This document shows, piece after piece, positions 29,389 through 38,683 of a stretch of 64,000 nt of DNA (position 1 is its first letter; every line of letters begins with the position of its first letter). Below the pieces are notes generated by a model. That model was not told the DNA's origin and ran no database searches. It saw nothing but the letters and a program-made list of their open reading frames with translations. The stretch comes from Candidatus Bathyarchaeia archaeon (lineage in GTDB: Archaea; Thermoproteota; Bathyarchaeia; Bathyarchaeales; Bathycorpusculaceae), in contig JBEKWR010000003.1 in the NCBI GenBank assembly GCA_049512935.1, positions 96,001-160,000 on the forward strand, written 5' to 3'. The translations under genes were made by a program, and so were the position numbers.

Positions 29389-29607
29389 TCATCGAAGTTC
29401 TTCTTCCAGCTCCTCTTCAGTAATGTTAGTGAATGACGCATTGTGTTTTCCAAGTTCATAATTAAAGTCGATCAGAGTCAACCCTGCCAGTTTAGCCGCC
29501 TGACCAATCGAAATCTTTCGTTCTTTGTAGAGCATTATAGCTAAGTAAAGTTTGAGTTCCTTCTCGCCGACATCACCTATTAAGGCTTTAGGAAGCTTGA
29601 GCTCCAA
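29389..29607 (-). CDS. UPF0175 family protein (putative antitoxin, no partner adjacent)
   Basis: LAIMLY...ISIGQAAKLAG...F...L pattern with acidic tail. Confidence 0.8.
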   Translation of the reverse strand: MELKLPKALIGDVGEKELKLYLAIMLYKERKISIGQAAKLAGLTLIDFNYELGKHNASFTNITEEELEEELR

Positions 29608-29720
29608 AGAAATCCACCTACTTTTTCAACGCTTCAACTTGTTAAAATACCTTGTTAAAATTTGCGGAAACAGATTTCTGGTGGTAAGCTTTTCAAGTCT
29701 CAAAGCATATTTTCTTTTCC

Positions 29721-30215
29721 ATGGTTCGAATGACTGAATCGATTAAGACTGAGCTGAAGAATTGGTTTGCTGACGCAAAAAGAACAGTTGTGGCGGGGAT
29801 CGGCAACCCTATCCGAACGGATGATTACGTCGGCTTAAGAATCGTTGAAGACCTCAAAGAAAAGCTGCCCGCGCGTGTTCTTCTGCTTGAGGCTGAGACG
29901 GTTCCCGAAAGCTACCTCTCCGACATAGAGGATTTCCAGCCGTCGCACGTGCTGTTGATCGACGCCGCCTTTTTGGGGTTAAACCCGGGCGACGCCTGCC
30001 TTTTGGACGCGGAGAAAATCGATGTTTCCTCGGCGGTTACGACGCACCTTTTGCCTCTTCGGGTCTTCTGCGAGTACGTTAAGCAGGCGACTGGCGCGAA
30101 AATCGGTTTGCTGCTGATCGAGCCGAAGAGCATGGAGTTCGGCGAGGGCTTAACCGCGCAAGTTAAAGCCTCGGCAGACCGCCTTGTGAAATTGCTGCTT
30201 GACTTGCTTTCTTAG
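29721..30215 (+). CDS. hycI: Hydrogenase maturation protease, HycI type
   Basis: GIGNPIRTDDYVG, ETVPE, IDAA, TTHLLPL. Confidence 0.9.
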   Translation: MVRMTESIKTELKNWFADAKRTVVAGIGNPIRTDDYVGLRIVEDLKEKLPARVLLLEAETVPESYLSDIEDFQPSHVLLIDAAFLGLNPGDACLLDAEKIDVSSAVTTHLLPLRVFCEYVKQATGAKIGLLLIEPKSMEFGEGLTAQVKASADRLVKLLLDLLS

Positions 30216-30371
30216 GCTTCTTTTCTTTTGAAAACGTAGTCGATGGTGAACCTGACCGAGCCGAGCGAGCAGTTTGCAAGGTGGTAATAAAGAGATGTGG
30301 TTGCTTCTGTGCTACAACTTCCGAGTTACGTTAATTAGCCAGTTTCAAGTTAGCATCTTTTGGGAAGCGTT

Positions 30372-30851
30372 ATGGCTGGAAAAGCGGTTATTGTTATGGG
30401 TTCAGAGCGGGATCTGGATTTTTCCCGTGGAATCGCCAAGTACCTTAAGATTTTGGGCGTGGATTACGAGTTTCGGGTTGCCTCTGCGCATAAGACGCCT
30501 GAGAAGGTGCTTGAGTTGATCAGGGAGTTCGAGGCTGAGAAGGTGGTTTACGTCACGGTTGCGGGTCGCTCGAACGCTCTTAGCGCCTTTATCGATGGGA
30601 ACTCGTCGAAACCCGTGATCGCTTGTCCCCCGTACTCTGAAACTTTCGGCGGAGCTGACATTTTCTCTTCGCTCAGAGTGCCAAGCGGCATAGGCTCCTT
30701 GGTGACAATCGAACCTGAAGGCGCAGCGATTGCCGCAGCCAAAATGCTTGCCTTAGAAGACGCCGCCGTAGCTGACAGCGTCAGGAACTATCAGGCTTCA
30801 AAGAAGGCTGAGCTTGAAAAAGCCAACGAGTCAGTTAAGAAACTAAAGTAA
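30372..30851 (+). CDS. purE: AIR carboxylase / N5-CAIR mutase
   Basis: MGSERD, SAHKTP, AGRSNAL, PVIACP, SSLRVPSG. Confidence 0.92.
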   Translation: MAGKAVIVMGSERDLDFSRGIAKYLKILGVDYEFRVASAHKTPEKVLELIREFEAEKVVYVTVAGRSNALSAFIDGNSSKPVIACPPYSETFGGADIFSSLRVPSGIGSLVTIEPEGAAIAAAKMLALEDAAVADSVRNYQASKKAELEKANESVKKLK

Positions 30852-30941
30852 CAGCTGTTTGAGCCTGCAATTCTTATATAAAGCGGTATAAGCTAAAATA
30901 GAATATTCTGCTAAGAGCAAGGTAACTTGGGGATAAAGGCT

Positions 30942-31994
30942 ATGGGTAGCGTGAAAGACCTCGAAGTAATCAAGACACCAACAGCTGAAGCCATGGGCAT
31001 CGGCAGGTTCCACTTTTCAGACCGTTACAGCGTTTTCGACTGGGGAGAAATGCCTGACCACATCGGAGCCAAAGGAGCCGCTCTCTGCCTCATGGGGGCA
31101 TACTGCTTTGAGCAGCTTGAGCGGAAAGGCGTTAAGACGCACTATCGGGGTTTGGTCGACACAAACGGAAGGGCGGTTAAGATCAAAGAAGTGAATCAAC
31201 CCACCAGCATCATGGAAGTCTGCTTGATTAACGTTTACAAACCGAAGATAACTGTGGAAGACGGCAAACTCGTGCATGACTACGCCGCGTATACGCCGCA
31301 ACTGAAGAACTGCCTGATTCCGCTGGAAATCATCTACCGAAACGGCTTGCCCGAAGGCTCATCAGTTTTCAAGCGGCTTCAAGAGGGGAAAATAAGTCTT
31401 AAAGATTTAGGATTAGACCATTACCCCGTGCCAGGCGAGCAGTTGGCGAAGCCGATTTTCGACGTCAGCACAAAACTGGAGGAAACTGACCGCTACGTTA
31501 CTTGGCAAGAAGCGCAGAAAATCGCTGGTTTAACCGATCAGGAACTTGGCAAGATCAAGGATTTGCTGCTCAAGGCAGATGAAACAATCAACGAGATGGC
31601 TTCGAAGGCTGGGCTGCGAAATGAAGATGGAAAAATCGAGTTGGCTTTCGATGATAAGAGGGAGCTCATGGTTGTTGACGTTGTCGGAACGCTTGACGAG
31701 TGCAGGTTCACCTATGGAGGCATGCACGTAAGCAAGGAAATTGCGAGGCAATTCTACAAGAAGACAAGCTGGTACGCCGATTTGGAGCAGGCCAAGAAAG
31801 AGGGCGAAGCCAGAGGCATAGAGGACTGGAAGTCTCTCTGTAAGTCGCAGCCGCCGAAACTGGACCCTAAGCTTAAAACTATTATAAGCGAAATGTACAT
31901 GGCTGCGGCGAACGAGATGACGGGGTACAAGTTGTTTAATGCGCCTTTGCTCTCGCAGGTTATAGCCGATTATAAATGTTACATGAAGGAATAA
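30942..31994 (+). CDS. purC: SAICAR synthetase, long archaeal form
   Basis: MGSVKD, FSDRYSVFDWG, IPLEIIYRN, DGKIE, GTLDECRF. Confidence 0.92.
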   Translation: MGSVKDLEVIKTPTAEAMGIGRFHFSDRYSVFDWGEMPDHIGAKGAALCLMGAYCFEQLERKGVKTHYRGLVDTNGRAVKIKEVNQPTSIMEVCLINVYKPKITVEDGKLVHDYAAYTPQLKNCLIPLEIIYRNGLPEGSSVFKRLQEGKISLKDLGLDHYPVPGEQLAKPIFDVSTKLEETDRYVTWQEAQKIAGLTDQELGKIKDLLLKADETINEMASKAGLRNEDGKIELAFDDKRELMVVDVVGTLDECRFTYGGMHVSKEIARQFYKKTSWYADLEQAKKEGEARGIEDWKSLCKSQPPKLDPKLKTIISEMYMAAANEMTGYKLFNAPLLSQVIADYKCYMKE

Positions 31995-31998
31995 AGAG

Positions 31999-33093
31999 AT
32001 GGAGAACAGCATCAAGCAAGTGATAGAAAAGTATGATCCCAAGCAGGTTCGCATCGGCGTTTTGGGATCCCACTCGGCGCTTGAAATTGCTTCAGGCGCG
32101 AAGCAAGAAGGCTTCGAAACCGTGGTCGTTTGCCAGAGGGGAAGAGACAAGACCTACACGAAGTACTACCGAAACATCTTCGACCACGTCATCATGCTTG
32201 ACAAGTTCTCAGAAATAACCAGCGCGGCATCCGTGAAAGCTCTCACCGACTTGAACACGGTTTTTGTTCCCAACCGCTCATTCTCAGTGTACGCGGGCTA
32301 CGAGGCTATAGAAAACCAGTTCGCCGTACCCCTAATGGGTAACCGCTCGATGCTGCGAACTGAAGAGCGCAACACCCCCCGAAACCAGCTCTACCTGCTA
32401 CAGAAGGCAGGGATAGCGACGCCGAAAACCTTCAAGGGGCCAAGCGAAATCGACCGCCTCACAATTGTAAAAGTGCCTGAAAAGCAGCGGGCAATCGAAA
32501 GAGCCTTCTTCTACGCCTCTTCCCCAGAAGAGTACGAGAAAACAGCGCAGAAACGCATAAAACAGGGTATCATCACCGTGGAAGCGCTGAAAAACTCGGT
32601 AATAGAAGAATACGTTATCGGCGCCAAATTCAACGCTAACCTTTTCTGGTCGCCCTTAACCGACGAAATCGACCTACTAGGCTTTGACAGGCGAATTCAA
32701 ACGGACCTTGACGGCGTCTTGGACTTGCCAGCACAGGAGCAACTGGAACTGAACGTTCCCACCCAGAACATCGAGATCGGGCACATGGGCGCAACCATGC
32801 GGGAAAGCCAGATCGAGAAGGTTTTCGAGGCGGCGGAAAAATTCGTTGGCACCTGCAAGAAAGAGTACCCGCCGGGCATGGTCGGCTTGTTCGCGTTGCA
32901 GGGTGCGGTAACGAAGGATTTGGAGTTCTATGTTTTCGACGTTAGCCCGCGGGTTCCAGGCTGCCCATGCGTCGAGCCTACTTCGCCTTACATGAAGTAC
33001 AAGTACGGCATGGAAGTTGGCCCGGGCAGGCGCGTGGCGACGGAAGTTAAGCGCGCGGTTAAGGAAGGCAGACTTGCGGAAGTGGTAACGTGA
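31999..33093 (+). CDS. purP: PurP-like ATP-grasp protein (paralogue 1)
   Basis: GSHSALEI, VPNRSF, ERAFF, TMRES, DVSPRVPG. Confidence 0.85.
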   Translation: MENSIKQVIEKYDPKQVRIGVLGSHSALEIASGAKQEGFETVVVCQRGRDKTYTKYYRNIFDHVIMLDKFSEITSAASVKALTDLNTVFVPNRSFSVYAGYEAIENQFAVPLMGNRSMLRTEERNTPRNQLYLLQKAGIATPKTFKGPSEIDRLTIVKVPEKQRAIERAFFYASSPEEYEKTAQKRIKQGIITVEALKNSVIEEYVIGAKFNANLFWSPLTDEIDLLGFDRRIQTDLDGVLDLPAQEQLELNVPTQNIEIGHMGATMRESQIEKVFEAAEKFVGTCKKEYPPGMVGLFALQGAVTKDLEFYVFDVSPRVPGCPCVEPTSPYMKYKYGMEVGPGRRVATEVKRAVKEGRLAEVVT

Positions 33094-34175
33094 TAACCAG
33101 CGCCGACATCGCCAAAATCCTCGACAAGTACGATCAGAAAAAGCTGGCCATAGGCACGTTGGGTTCTCATAGTTCACTTAACATTTTCAAGGGCGCCAAA
33201 GAGGAAGGGTTCCGCACGGTTTGCGTATGCAAAGAAAAAGACGCGATAATGTACAAGAAGTACCCGCTCGTTGACGACTTAATCATCGTGAAAGACTTCA
33301 CGGAACTCTTAAGCGAGCAAATACAGGAGAAACTCCGCGGGCTGAACGTCATTTTGATTCCCCACGGCTCCTTCACCGCCTACCTCAGCACCGAAGAATT
33401 AACCAGCAGCCTCATGGTGCCCATGTTCGGCAACCGCCAGCTCCTCCACTGGGAAGCCAACCGCAAATCCCAGGAAGAGTGGCTGCGGCAGGCAGGGCTG
33501 CGTTTGCCAGCCACGTTCAAAACGCCCGAGGACATCGACCGCTTAGTCATCGCCAAGCTGCCAGGCGCCAAAGGCGGAAGAGGATACTTTTTGGCGAATT
33601 CGCCTAAAGCCTTCCACAAGAAATTCAGCGAACTCGTGAAGCGCGGCTTGCTCAGAGAAGATGATTTAGCCGCTATTCACTTGCAGGAGTACGCGTTGGG
33701 CGTTAACGTTTACCCCAGCTACTTCAGCTCCATCCTAAACGACGAGGTTGAACTGCTAGCCATGGACAGGCGTTACGAGTCAGCGGTGGACTCCATCGGC
33801 AAAATCCCCGCGAGCGAACAGCTGGAGATTGACATTAACCCAACCTACACCATCGTGGGCAACTTCCCAATCGTGCTCCGCGAATCGCTGCTGCCCGAAA
33901 TCATGCGCATGGGCGACAACGTGCACAAAAAAGCCAAAGAGCTGGCGCCGCCAGGAATCATCGGACCCTTCTGCCTAGAAACTGTGATAACCGACGACCT
34001 CAAAATCTTCACGTTCGAAATCTCCGCGCGCATCGTTGCGGGAACCAACGTCGGCATCGGCACTTCACCCTACGCTTACCTGAAGTACGGCGAGAACATG
34101 TACATGGGAAGACGCATCGCCAAGGAAATAAAGGAAGCAAGAGAAACTAAAAGACTACTGGAGATTCTAGCATAA
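33090..34175 (+). CDS. purP: FAICAR synthetase PurP (paralogue 2)
   Basis: GSHSSL, IPHGSF, GAKGGRGYF, DRRYES, EISARIVAGTN, MGRRIAKEI. Confidence 0.9.
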   Translation: MITSADIAKILDKYDQKKLAIGTLGSHSSLNIFKGAKEEGFRTVCVCKEKDAIMYKKYPLVDDLIIVKDFTELLSEQIQEKLRGLNVILIPHGSFTAYLSTEELTSSLMVPMFGNRQLLHWEANRKSQEEWLRQAGLRLPATFKTPEDIDRLVIAKLPGAKGGRGYFLANSPKAFHKKFSELVKRGLLREDDLAAIHLQEYALGVNVYPSYFSSILNDEVELLAMDRRYESAVDSIGKIPASEQLEIDINPTYTIVGNFPIVLRESLLPEIMRMGDNVHKKAKELAPPGIIGPFCLETVITDDLKIFTFEISARIVAGTNVGIGTSPYAYLKYGENMYMGRRIAKEIKEARETKRLLEILA

Positions 34176-34176
34176 G

Positions 34177-34959
34177 CTAAGCAAGGCAAACCTTAAGCAA
34201 CCCTTCAAAGTTGCCTCTGGTTTTGTTAATCTTGTAAGCCCGCAACGTGCCAATCAATTCCAACATATTCTTTTCGCCTAAAATTTGAGCCAGAATTTGT
34301 GCTGCAGTGCTTTTGCCGCCAAAAAGATACTGGCAAACCGCGGTGACATTTGCTACCCTTCGTTCGACGCTGGCGGTTTCAAAATCAACGATAAACGGCT
34401 TCTCAGCCTTGTCCAGCAGCACATGCTTGGGTGCTTTGCTGAGTTCGCCATGGTCCAAGCCTGCTTGGTCCAGTCTGAAACATTGCTCTAAGATTTCCCT
34501 TAGAACCGCCTTGACGACGGTGGGGTCTTTGTGTGTTTCCAACCAGTTGGGAAGCAACTCTCCGTCAATCAGCTGCATCACAAGGAAGTTTTTGCTTGCC
34601 GAAATCAGCTTGGGCGCCACGTTAACAGAGTTTGCCACCGACAACATTCGAGCTTCATGAAGCAGGTCGGCTCGGTCCGCGTCTACCCTTCGGATTTTGA
34701 CCGCCACTCTCTCCCCGTTGAGATGCACTATTACCACGATTCCGACGAAGCCCTTGCCCAAAACTGGAACCTTGACGCCGAAGAGGCTGGCTGACCCCGA
34801 GAACTCAAGAGCCGTGACGCCGTGGCTGCGCAGTTCTTGGATGCGGCTTTGCACTTCGGCTTCGCTGGGTTTTGGGAAGCACAGAACCGAAGCGTAAGGC
34901 TCTTGGATTAGTTGGTCAACTGGTACGATTATGGGTTCTTTCACAGTTGGTTCCTTCAC
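34177..34959 (-). CDS. Archaeal RIO/Bud32-like Ser/Thr kinase
   Basis: LGKGFVGIV, VAVKIRR, HGEL, IVDFE. Confidence 0.85.
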   Translation of the reverse strand: MKEPTVKEPIIVPVDQLIQEPYASVLCFPKPSEAEVQSRIQELRSHGVTALEFSGSASLFGVKVPVLGKGFVGIVVIVHLNGERVAVKIRRVDADRADLLHEARMLSVANSVNVAPKLISASKNFLVMQLIDGELLPNWLETHKDPTVVKAVLREILEQCFRLDQAGLDHGELSKAPKHVLLDKAEKPFIVDFETASVERRVANVTAVCQYLFGGKSTAAQILAQILGEKNMLELIGTLRAYKINKTRGNFEGLLKVCLA

Positions 34960-35103
34960 GAACGGGAATTAGTAGGGTAGGGGTGATTATAAATTTAGTA
35001 TCGCAAGAGGAAGAAGAATCCATTGAAAACGCTGGTATTTCCACCATTTTTTCTTGATTATGTCATGCGAACGCACTTAAGCGGCGAAGCCTGTTTGACA
35101 GGA

Positions 35104-35301
35104 ATGGAACCTAATCAACAGAGGAGCCAAATCAAGTCGGGCATCCGCGTAAAAATCGTTTTGAAGCAGGACCAGCGGAGCGGCAAATTAACCGAAGGCG
35201 TTGTCAAAGATATCCTCACCAACAGCCCGACTCACCCTCACGGAATCAAGGTGCGGCTTACAGACGGCAAAGTCGGCAGAGTACAAACAATAATAAAATA
35301 G
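35104..35301 (+). CDS. YwbE (DUF2196) family protein
   Basis: IVLKQDQRSGKLTEGVVKDILTNSPTHPHGIKVRL. Confidence 0.9.
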   Translation: MEPNQQRSQIKSGIRVKIVLKQDQRSGKLTEGVVKDILTNSPTHPHGIKVRLTDGKVGRVQTIIK

Positions 35302-35362
35302 TGACCAGCCTGAAGAATTATAAATTTAATAGGGCGACAACATAATTGAGATTCTGTTTGGT

Positions 35363-37477
35363 ATGGCTATGCCGCGGTTCAAGCAGACAGCGCAGATTCA
35401 ACAGCTCATGGGCAGAAAAGAGCTTATTCGAAACATTGGCATAATCGCCCACATAGACCACGGGAAAACCACGCTTGCCGACAGCCTGCTGGCAGGTGCA
35501 GGTTTGCTTTCTCCCACGATGGCTGGCTCCGCTAGGGTGCTTGATTACCTTGAAGAAGAGCAGAAACGCAAAATCACAATTAAAACCGCAAACATAACCC
35601 TCCTCTACAAGGCAGCCGACAACCCCTACGTAATCAACCTTGTAGACACTCCTGGGCATGTTGACTTCACGGGCAAAGTGACCAGAGCCTTGCGGGTCAT
35701 CGACGGCGCCGTGGTGGTTGTAGACGCCGTTGAGGAGATTATGGCTCAAACCGAAATCCTGACTCGGCAGGCGCTTGAGGAACGGGTTTGCCCCGTCCTG
35801 TTCATCAACAAAGTCGACAGGCTCATCACCGAACTGCACCTGAGCGAGGAGCAAATCCAAAAGAAACTCGACCACATCATCAGCGGCTTCAACGACCTCA
35901 TACAACTCTACGCTCACGAGCCGTTTAAGAGCCGATGGAAAGTCGACGCTGAACTGGGCAACGTGGCTTTCGGCGCGGCGCTGCACGGCTGGGGCTTCAC
36001 ATTAAACATGGCTAAACACGGGGGCGTAAAGTTCACCGACGTGATAAAAGCCTACGAGAAAGGAGAATGGGGGAAACTGCAGAAGAACCTGCCCGTGTAC
36101 GAAGCCATCTTTGAAATGGTAACCAACAAGGTCCCCGACCCGCGCCAGGCTCAAGCCTACAGAATCGAGGAGATTTGGGATGGGCAGGTTGACTCAGCCA
36201 TCGGCAAGGCGCTGGTCGGATGCGGCGATGAGGGACCCGCGGTTTTCTGCGTAACCAACGTCAACTCAGACGGAGACGGCGGCACGGTTGCCACTGGCAG
36301 ACTGTTCTCTGGGCGGCTAAAGAAGGGTGACAGGCTGCATCTTGTGGATGCCTTGGCTGAAACCGTCGTGAACCAGGTTTCTGTTGACATGGGCGCGCTC
36401 AGGGAAGAGGTCGGTTGGGTTTCAGCGGGCAACCTGGCGTCGTTAAGCTTAACTGGCGAAGTCAGGGCGGGCGAAACCCTCGTTGACGCCGCGCACAAGA
36501 CTGGAATGGTGCCTTTCGAAGGCATAAGCTACGTGTCGGAGCCAGTTGTAACCTTGGCTGTTGAGCCGAAGAACCCACAGGACATTCCCGTCCTGCTTGA
36601 GGCGCTTGAGAAACTTGCCAGCGAAGACCCAAACCTCAAAGTGACAACGGACAACGAGACGGGGGAGTACCTGCTCAGCGGCATGGGCGAACTGCATTTA
36701 GAAGTCGCGATGAACCAGTTGAAAAGCAGCTGCGGTCTCGCCGTGTCGGTTTCTTCGCCAAGGGTCGTTTACATGGAGAGCGTCGAGGCGAAGGGCGCCG
36801 TTGCTTTGGCGAAGAGTCCAGATAAGCAGAGCAGTTTCTGGGTGCAGGTTGCGCCTGACGGCGGCGAGATCGAAGGGAAAGCAAGTGTCCTGTCAGTCGA
36901 CGAGCGCCGCAATGTGCTGTTGGATTGCAGCGGAAAAACCGAGCCTCTGCCCGAAAAGGTTTTAGAGGCGATCATCGGCGGATTCGAGTTCGCATGCAAG
37001 GCTGGTCCATTATGCGGCGAACCCGTGCGTCACTTGAAGGTGAACCTGGTCGATTTCCAGCTGAGCAGCGATTTTGTCTCCGACGAGGTCATGCGCGGGG
37101 TGGGAAAGGCGGTTTTCGGGTCTTTCCTGACGGCACAGCCAGTCTTGCTTGAACCCGTCAACAAAATAATTCTCACCGTTTCATCAGAGTTGACAAGCGA
37201 AACGTCAAGAATACTTGAGACGAGACGAGGAAAAGTAACACTGTTTGAACAGAAGGGGCTCCAAACGGTCATAAGCGGATTTATCCCAGTTTCTGACACA
37301 TTCGGCTTATCAAAGGAACTGCGGTCGGCAACTTCAGGCAAGGCTTTCTGGCAGTCGTTCTTTGACCACTGGGAAAAAATGCCTCCGAAACTCGCTGGGC
37401 AGGTTGTCGGCGAATTGCGGCGGCGCAAAGGCTTATCGCCCCAGTTGCCCAAGCCTGAAAAGTTCATGGAGCAGTAA
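35363..37477 (+). CDS. Elongation factor 2 paralogue lacking the diphthamide loop (aEF-2p type)
   Basis: AHIDHGKTT, DTPGHVDF, NKVD, GMGELHL, GPLCGEP; domain IV reads LSSDFVSDEVMRG with no H-R-G. Confidence 0.85.
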   Translation: MAMPRFKQTAQIQQLMGRKELIRNIGIIAHIDHGKTTLADSLLAGAGLLSPTMAGSARVLDYLEEEQKRKITIKTANITLLYKAADNPYVINLVDTPGHVDFTGKVTRALRVIDGAVVVVDAVEEIMAQTEILTRQALEERVCPVLFINKVDRLITELHLSEEQIQKKLDHIISGFNDLIQLYAHEPFKSRWKVDAELGNVAFGAALHGWGFTLNMAKHGGVKFTDVIKAYEKGEWGKLQKNLPVYEAIFEMVTNKVPDPRQAQAYRIEEIWDGQVDSAIGKALVGCGDEGPAVFCVTNVNSDGDGGTVATGRLFSGRLKKGDRLHLVDALAETVVNQVSVDMGALREEVGWVSAGNLASLSLTGEVRAGETLVDAAHKTGMVPFEGISYVSEPVVTLAVEPKNPQDIPVLLEALEKLASEDPNLKVTTDNETGEYLLSGMGELHLEVAMNQLKSSCGLAVSVSSPRVVYMESVEAKGAVALAKSPDKQSSFWVQVAPDGGEIEGKASVLSVDERRNVLLDCSGKTEPLPEKVLEAIIGGFEFACKAGPLCGEPVRHLKVNLVDFQLSSDFVSDEVMRGVGKAVFGSFLTAQPVLLEPVNKIILTVSSELTSETSRILETRRGKVTLFEQKGLQTVISGFIPVSDTFGLSKELRSATSGKAFWQSFFDHWEKMPPKLAGQVVGELRRRKGLSPQLPKPEKFMEQ

Positions 37478-37482
37478 CAGTC

Positions 37483-38343
37483 ATGCGCCTAACCGTCCCG
37501 TTCGACCTAAATTTCACCCTCTGCTGCGGGCAAGTTTTCAGATGGCGGAAAATCGGCGACTGGTGGTACGGTGTCGCAGGGGAAAACGTGTTCAAGATTC
37601 GCCAGTGCGGCGCGGAACTTGAGTTCGTCGGGGTTGACGGTGAGTTTGTCACCCGCTACTTCGGTTTAAACGACGATTTGGAACAAATAAGCCGCTGCAT
37701 CGGGAAAGACGCTTACATTCGCAGGGCACTGCGCCGCTTTGAAGGGCTACGGATGGTTCGGCAGGAACCCTGGGAATGCCTCATCAGCTTCATCTGCGCA
37801 ACCTACAAGAGCATAGCAGCCATCCAGCACATGCTCCGCCAAGTCTGCGAAAAATACGGGGAAAAGAAAGCGTTCGACGGGCAGGACTTCTACGTTTTTC
37901 CCACGCCTGCCAAGCTGGCTTGCGCAAGCGAGGACGGTCTGCGGCAATGCGGGTTAGGCTACAGGGCGAAGTACGTGCAAGCAACCGCCAGAAAAATCCA
38001 CGACGGCGAAGTACAGCTTGAACCTTTGAAAGCCATGCCTTACCTTGAAGCACGAAAAGCTCTCGTCGAGTTTCCAGGGGTCGGGTTGAAGGTGGCTGAC
38101 TGCGTGCTGCTGTTTTCGCTTGAGAAAACAGAGGCTTTTCCCGTTGACGTCTGGATTAAACGGGTAATCCTGAACCATTACTCAAGCCTTCTGCCAAAGC
38201 CGCTTGTCGAGAAGATGTCGGCGCACAATTCCCTGACCAACGGCGAGTACGAGACGGTTAACGCTTTCGGCAGAAGCTACTTCGGCAAGTACGCTGGCTA
38301 CGCTCAGGAATACCTTTTCCATTACGAGCGAACCCAGCGGTAG
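37483..38343 (+). CDS. ogg1: 8-oxoguanine DNA glycosylase/AP lyase, OGG1 type
   Basis: CGQVFRW, QEPWECLISFIC, GLGYRAKY, GVGLKVADC, FPVDVW, GYAQEYLF. Confidence 0.9.
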   Translation: MRLTVPFDLNFTLCCGQVFRWRKIGDWWYGVAGENVFKIRQCGAELEFVGVDGEFVTRYFGLNDDLEQISRCIGKDAYIRRALRRFEGLRMVRQEPWECLISFICATYKSIAAIQHMLRQVCEKYGEKKAFDGQDFYVFPTPAKLACASEDGLRQCGLGYRAKYVQATARKIHDGEVQLEPLKAMPYLEARKALVEFPGVGLKVADCVLLFSLEKTEAFPVDVWIKRVILNHYSSLLPKPLVEKMSAHNSLTNGEYETVNAFGRSYFGKYAGYAQEYLFHYERTQR

Positions 38344-38419
38344 ACTGCTTTGCGTTTAAGAAAGATTCAAACAATAAATGATATTAATCAAGCATCTCTA
38401 GCTAAATTTGGGGTGTTAG

Positions 38420-38683
38420 GTGTGGCATCTGAAGAGGGTAAAGCTTAACCAGTTGATTAGGCAAAAGAGGGTTTTTCTTAGGGATACTTTGAAGGATTAT
38501 TCTTCGGGCGGTAACGACATGCTTGATGACGTTGAAAGGTGCCTTGAAGAGGCAAAGGCGGAACTTACCCACCGTTTGGACGTCGTGAGCTGCCTGCGGG
38601 AAGATGAGGGCGAAGCGGCTTGGCGCAAAGAATGCCTCGCGCTCTATGCCGCGTGGTTCGAAAAATGGTTCGGCGCGCCTTAA
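38420..38683 (+). CDS. Hypothetical protein
   Basis: 87-aa ORF filling the gap; ends WFEKWFG. Confidence 0.55.
   Translation: MWHLKRVKLNQLIRQKRVFLRDTLKDYSSGGNDMLDDVERCLEEAKAELTHRLDVVSCLREDEGEAAWRKECLALYAAWFEKWFGAP

Noticed and set aside
31999-34175. Tandem purP duplication as a novelty
   Set aside because: Paired PurP paralogues are already known in archaeal purine clusters.
35363-37477. Canonical EF-2 (fusA)
   Set aside because: Diphthamide His loop is absent and domain IV is shortened.
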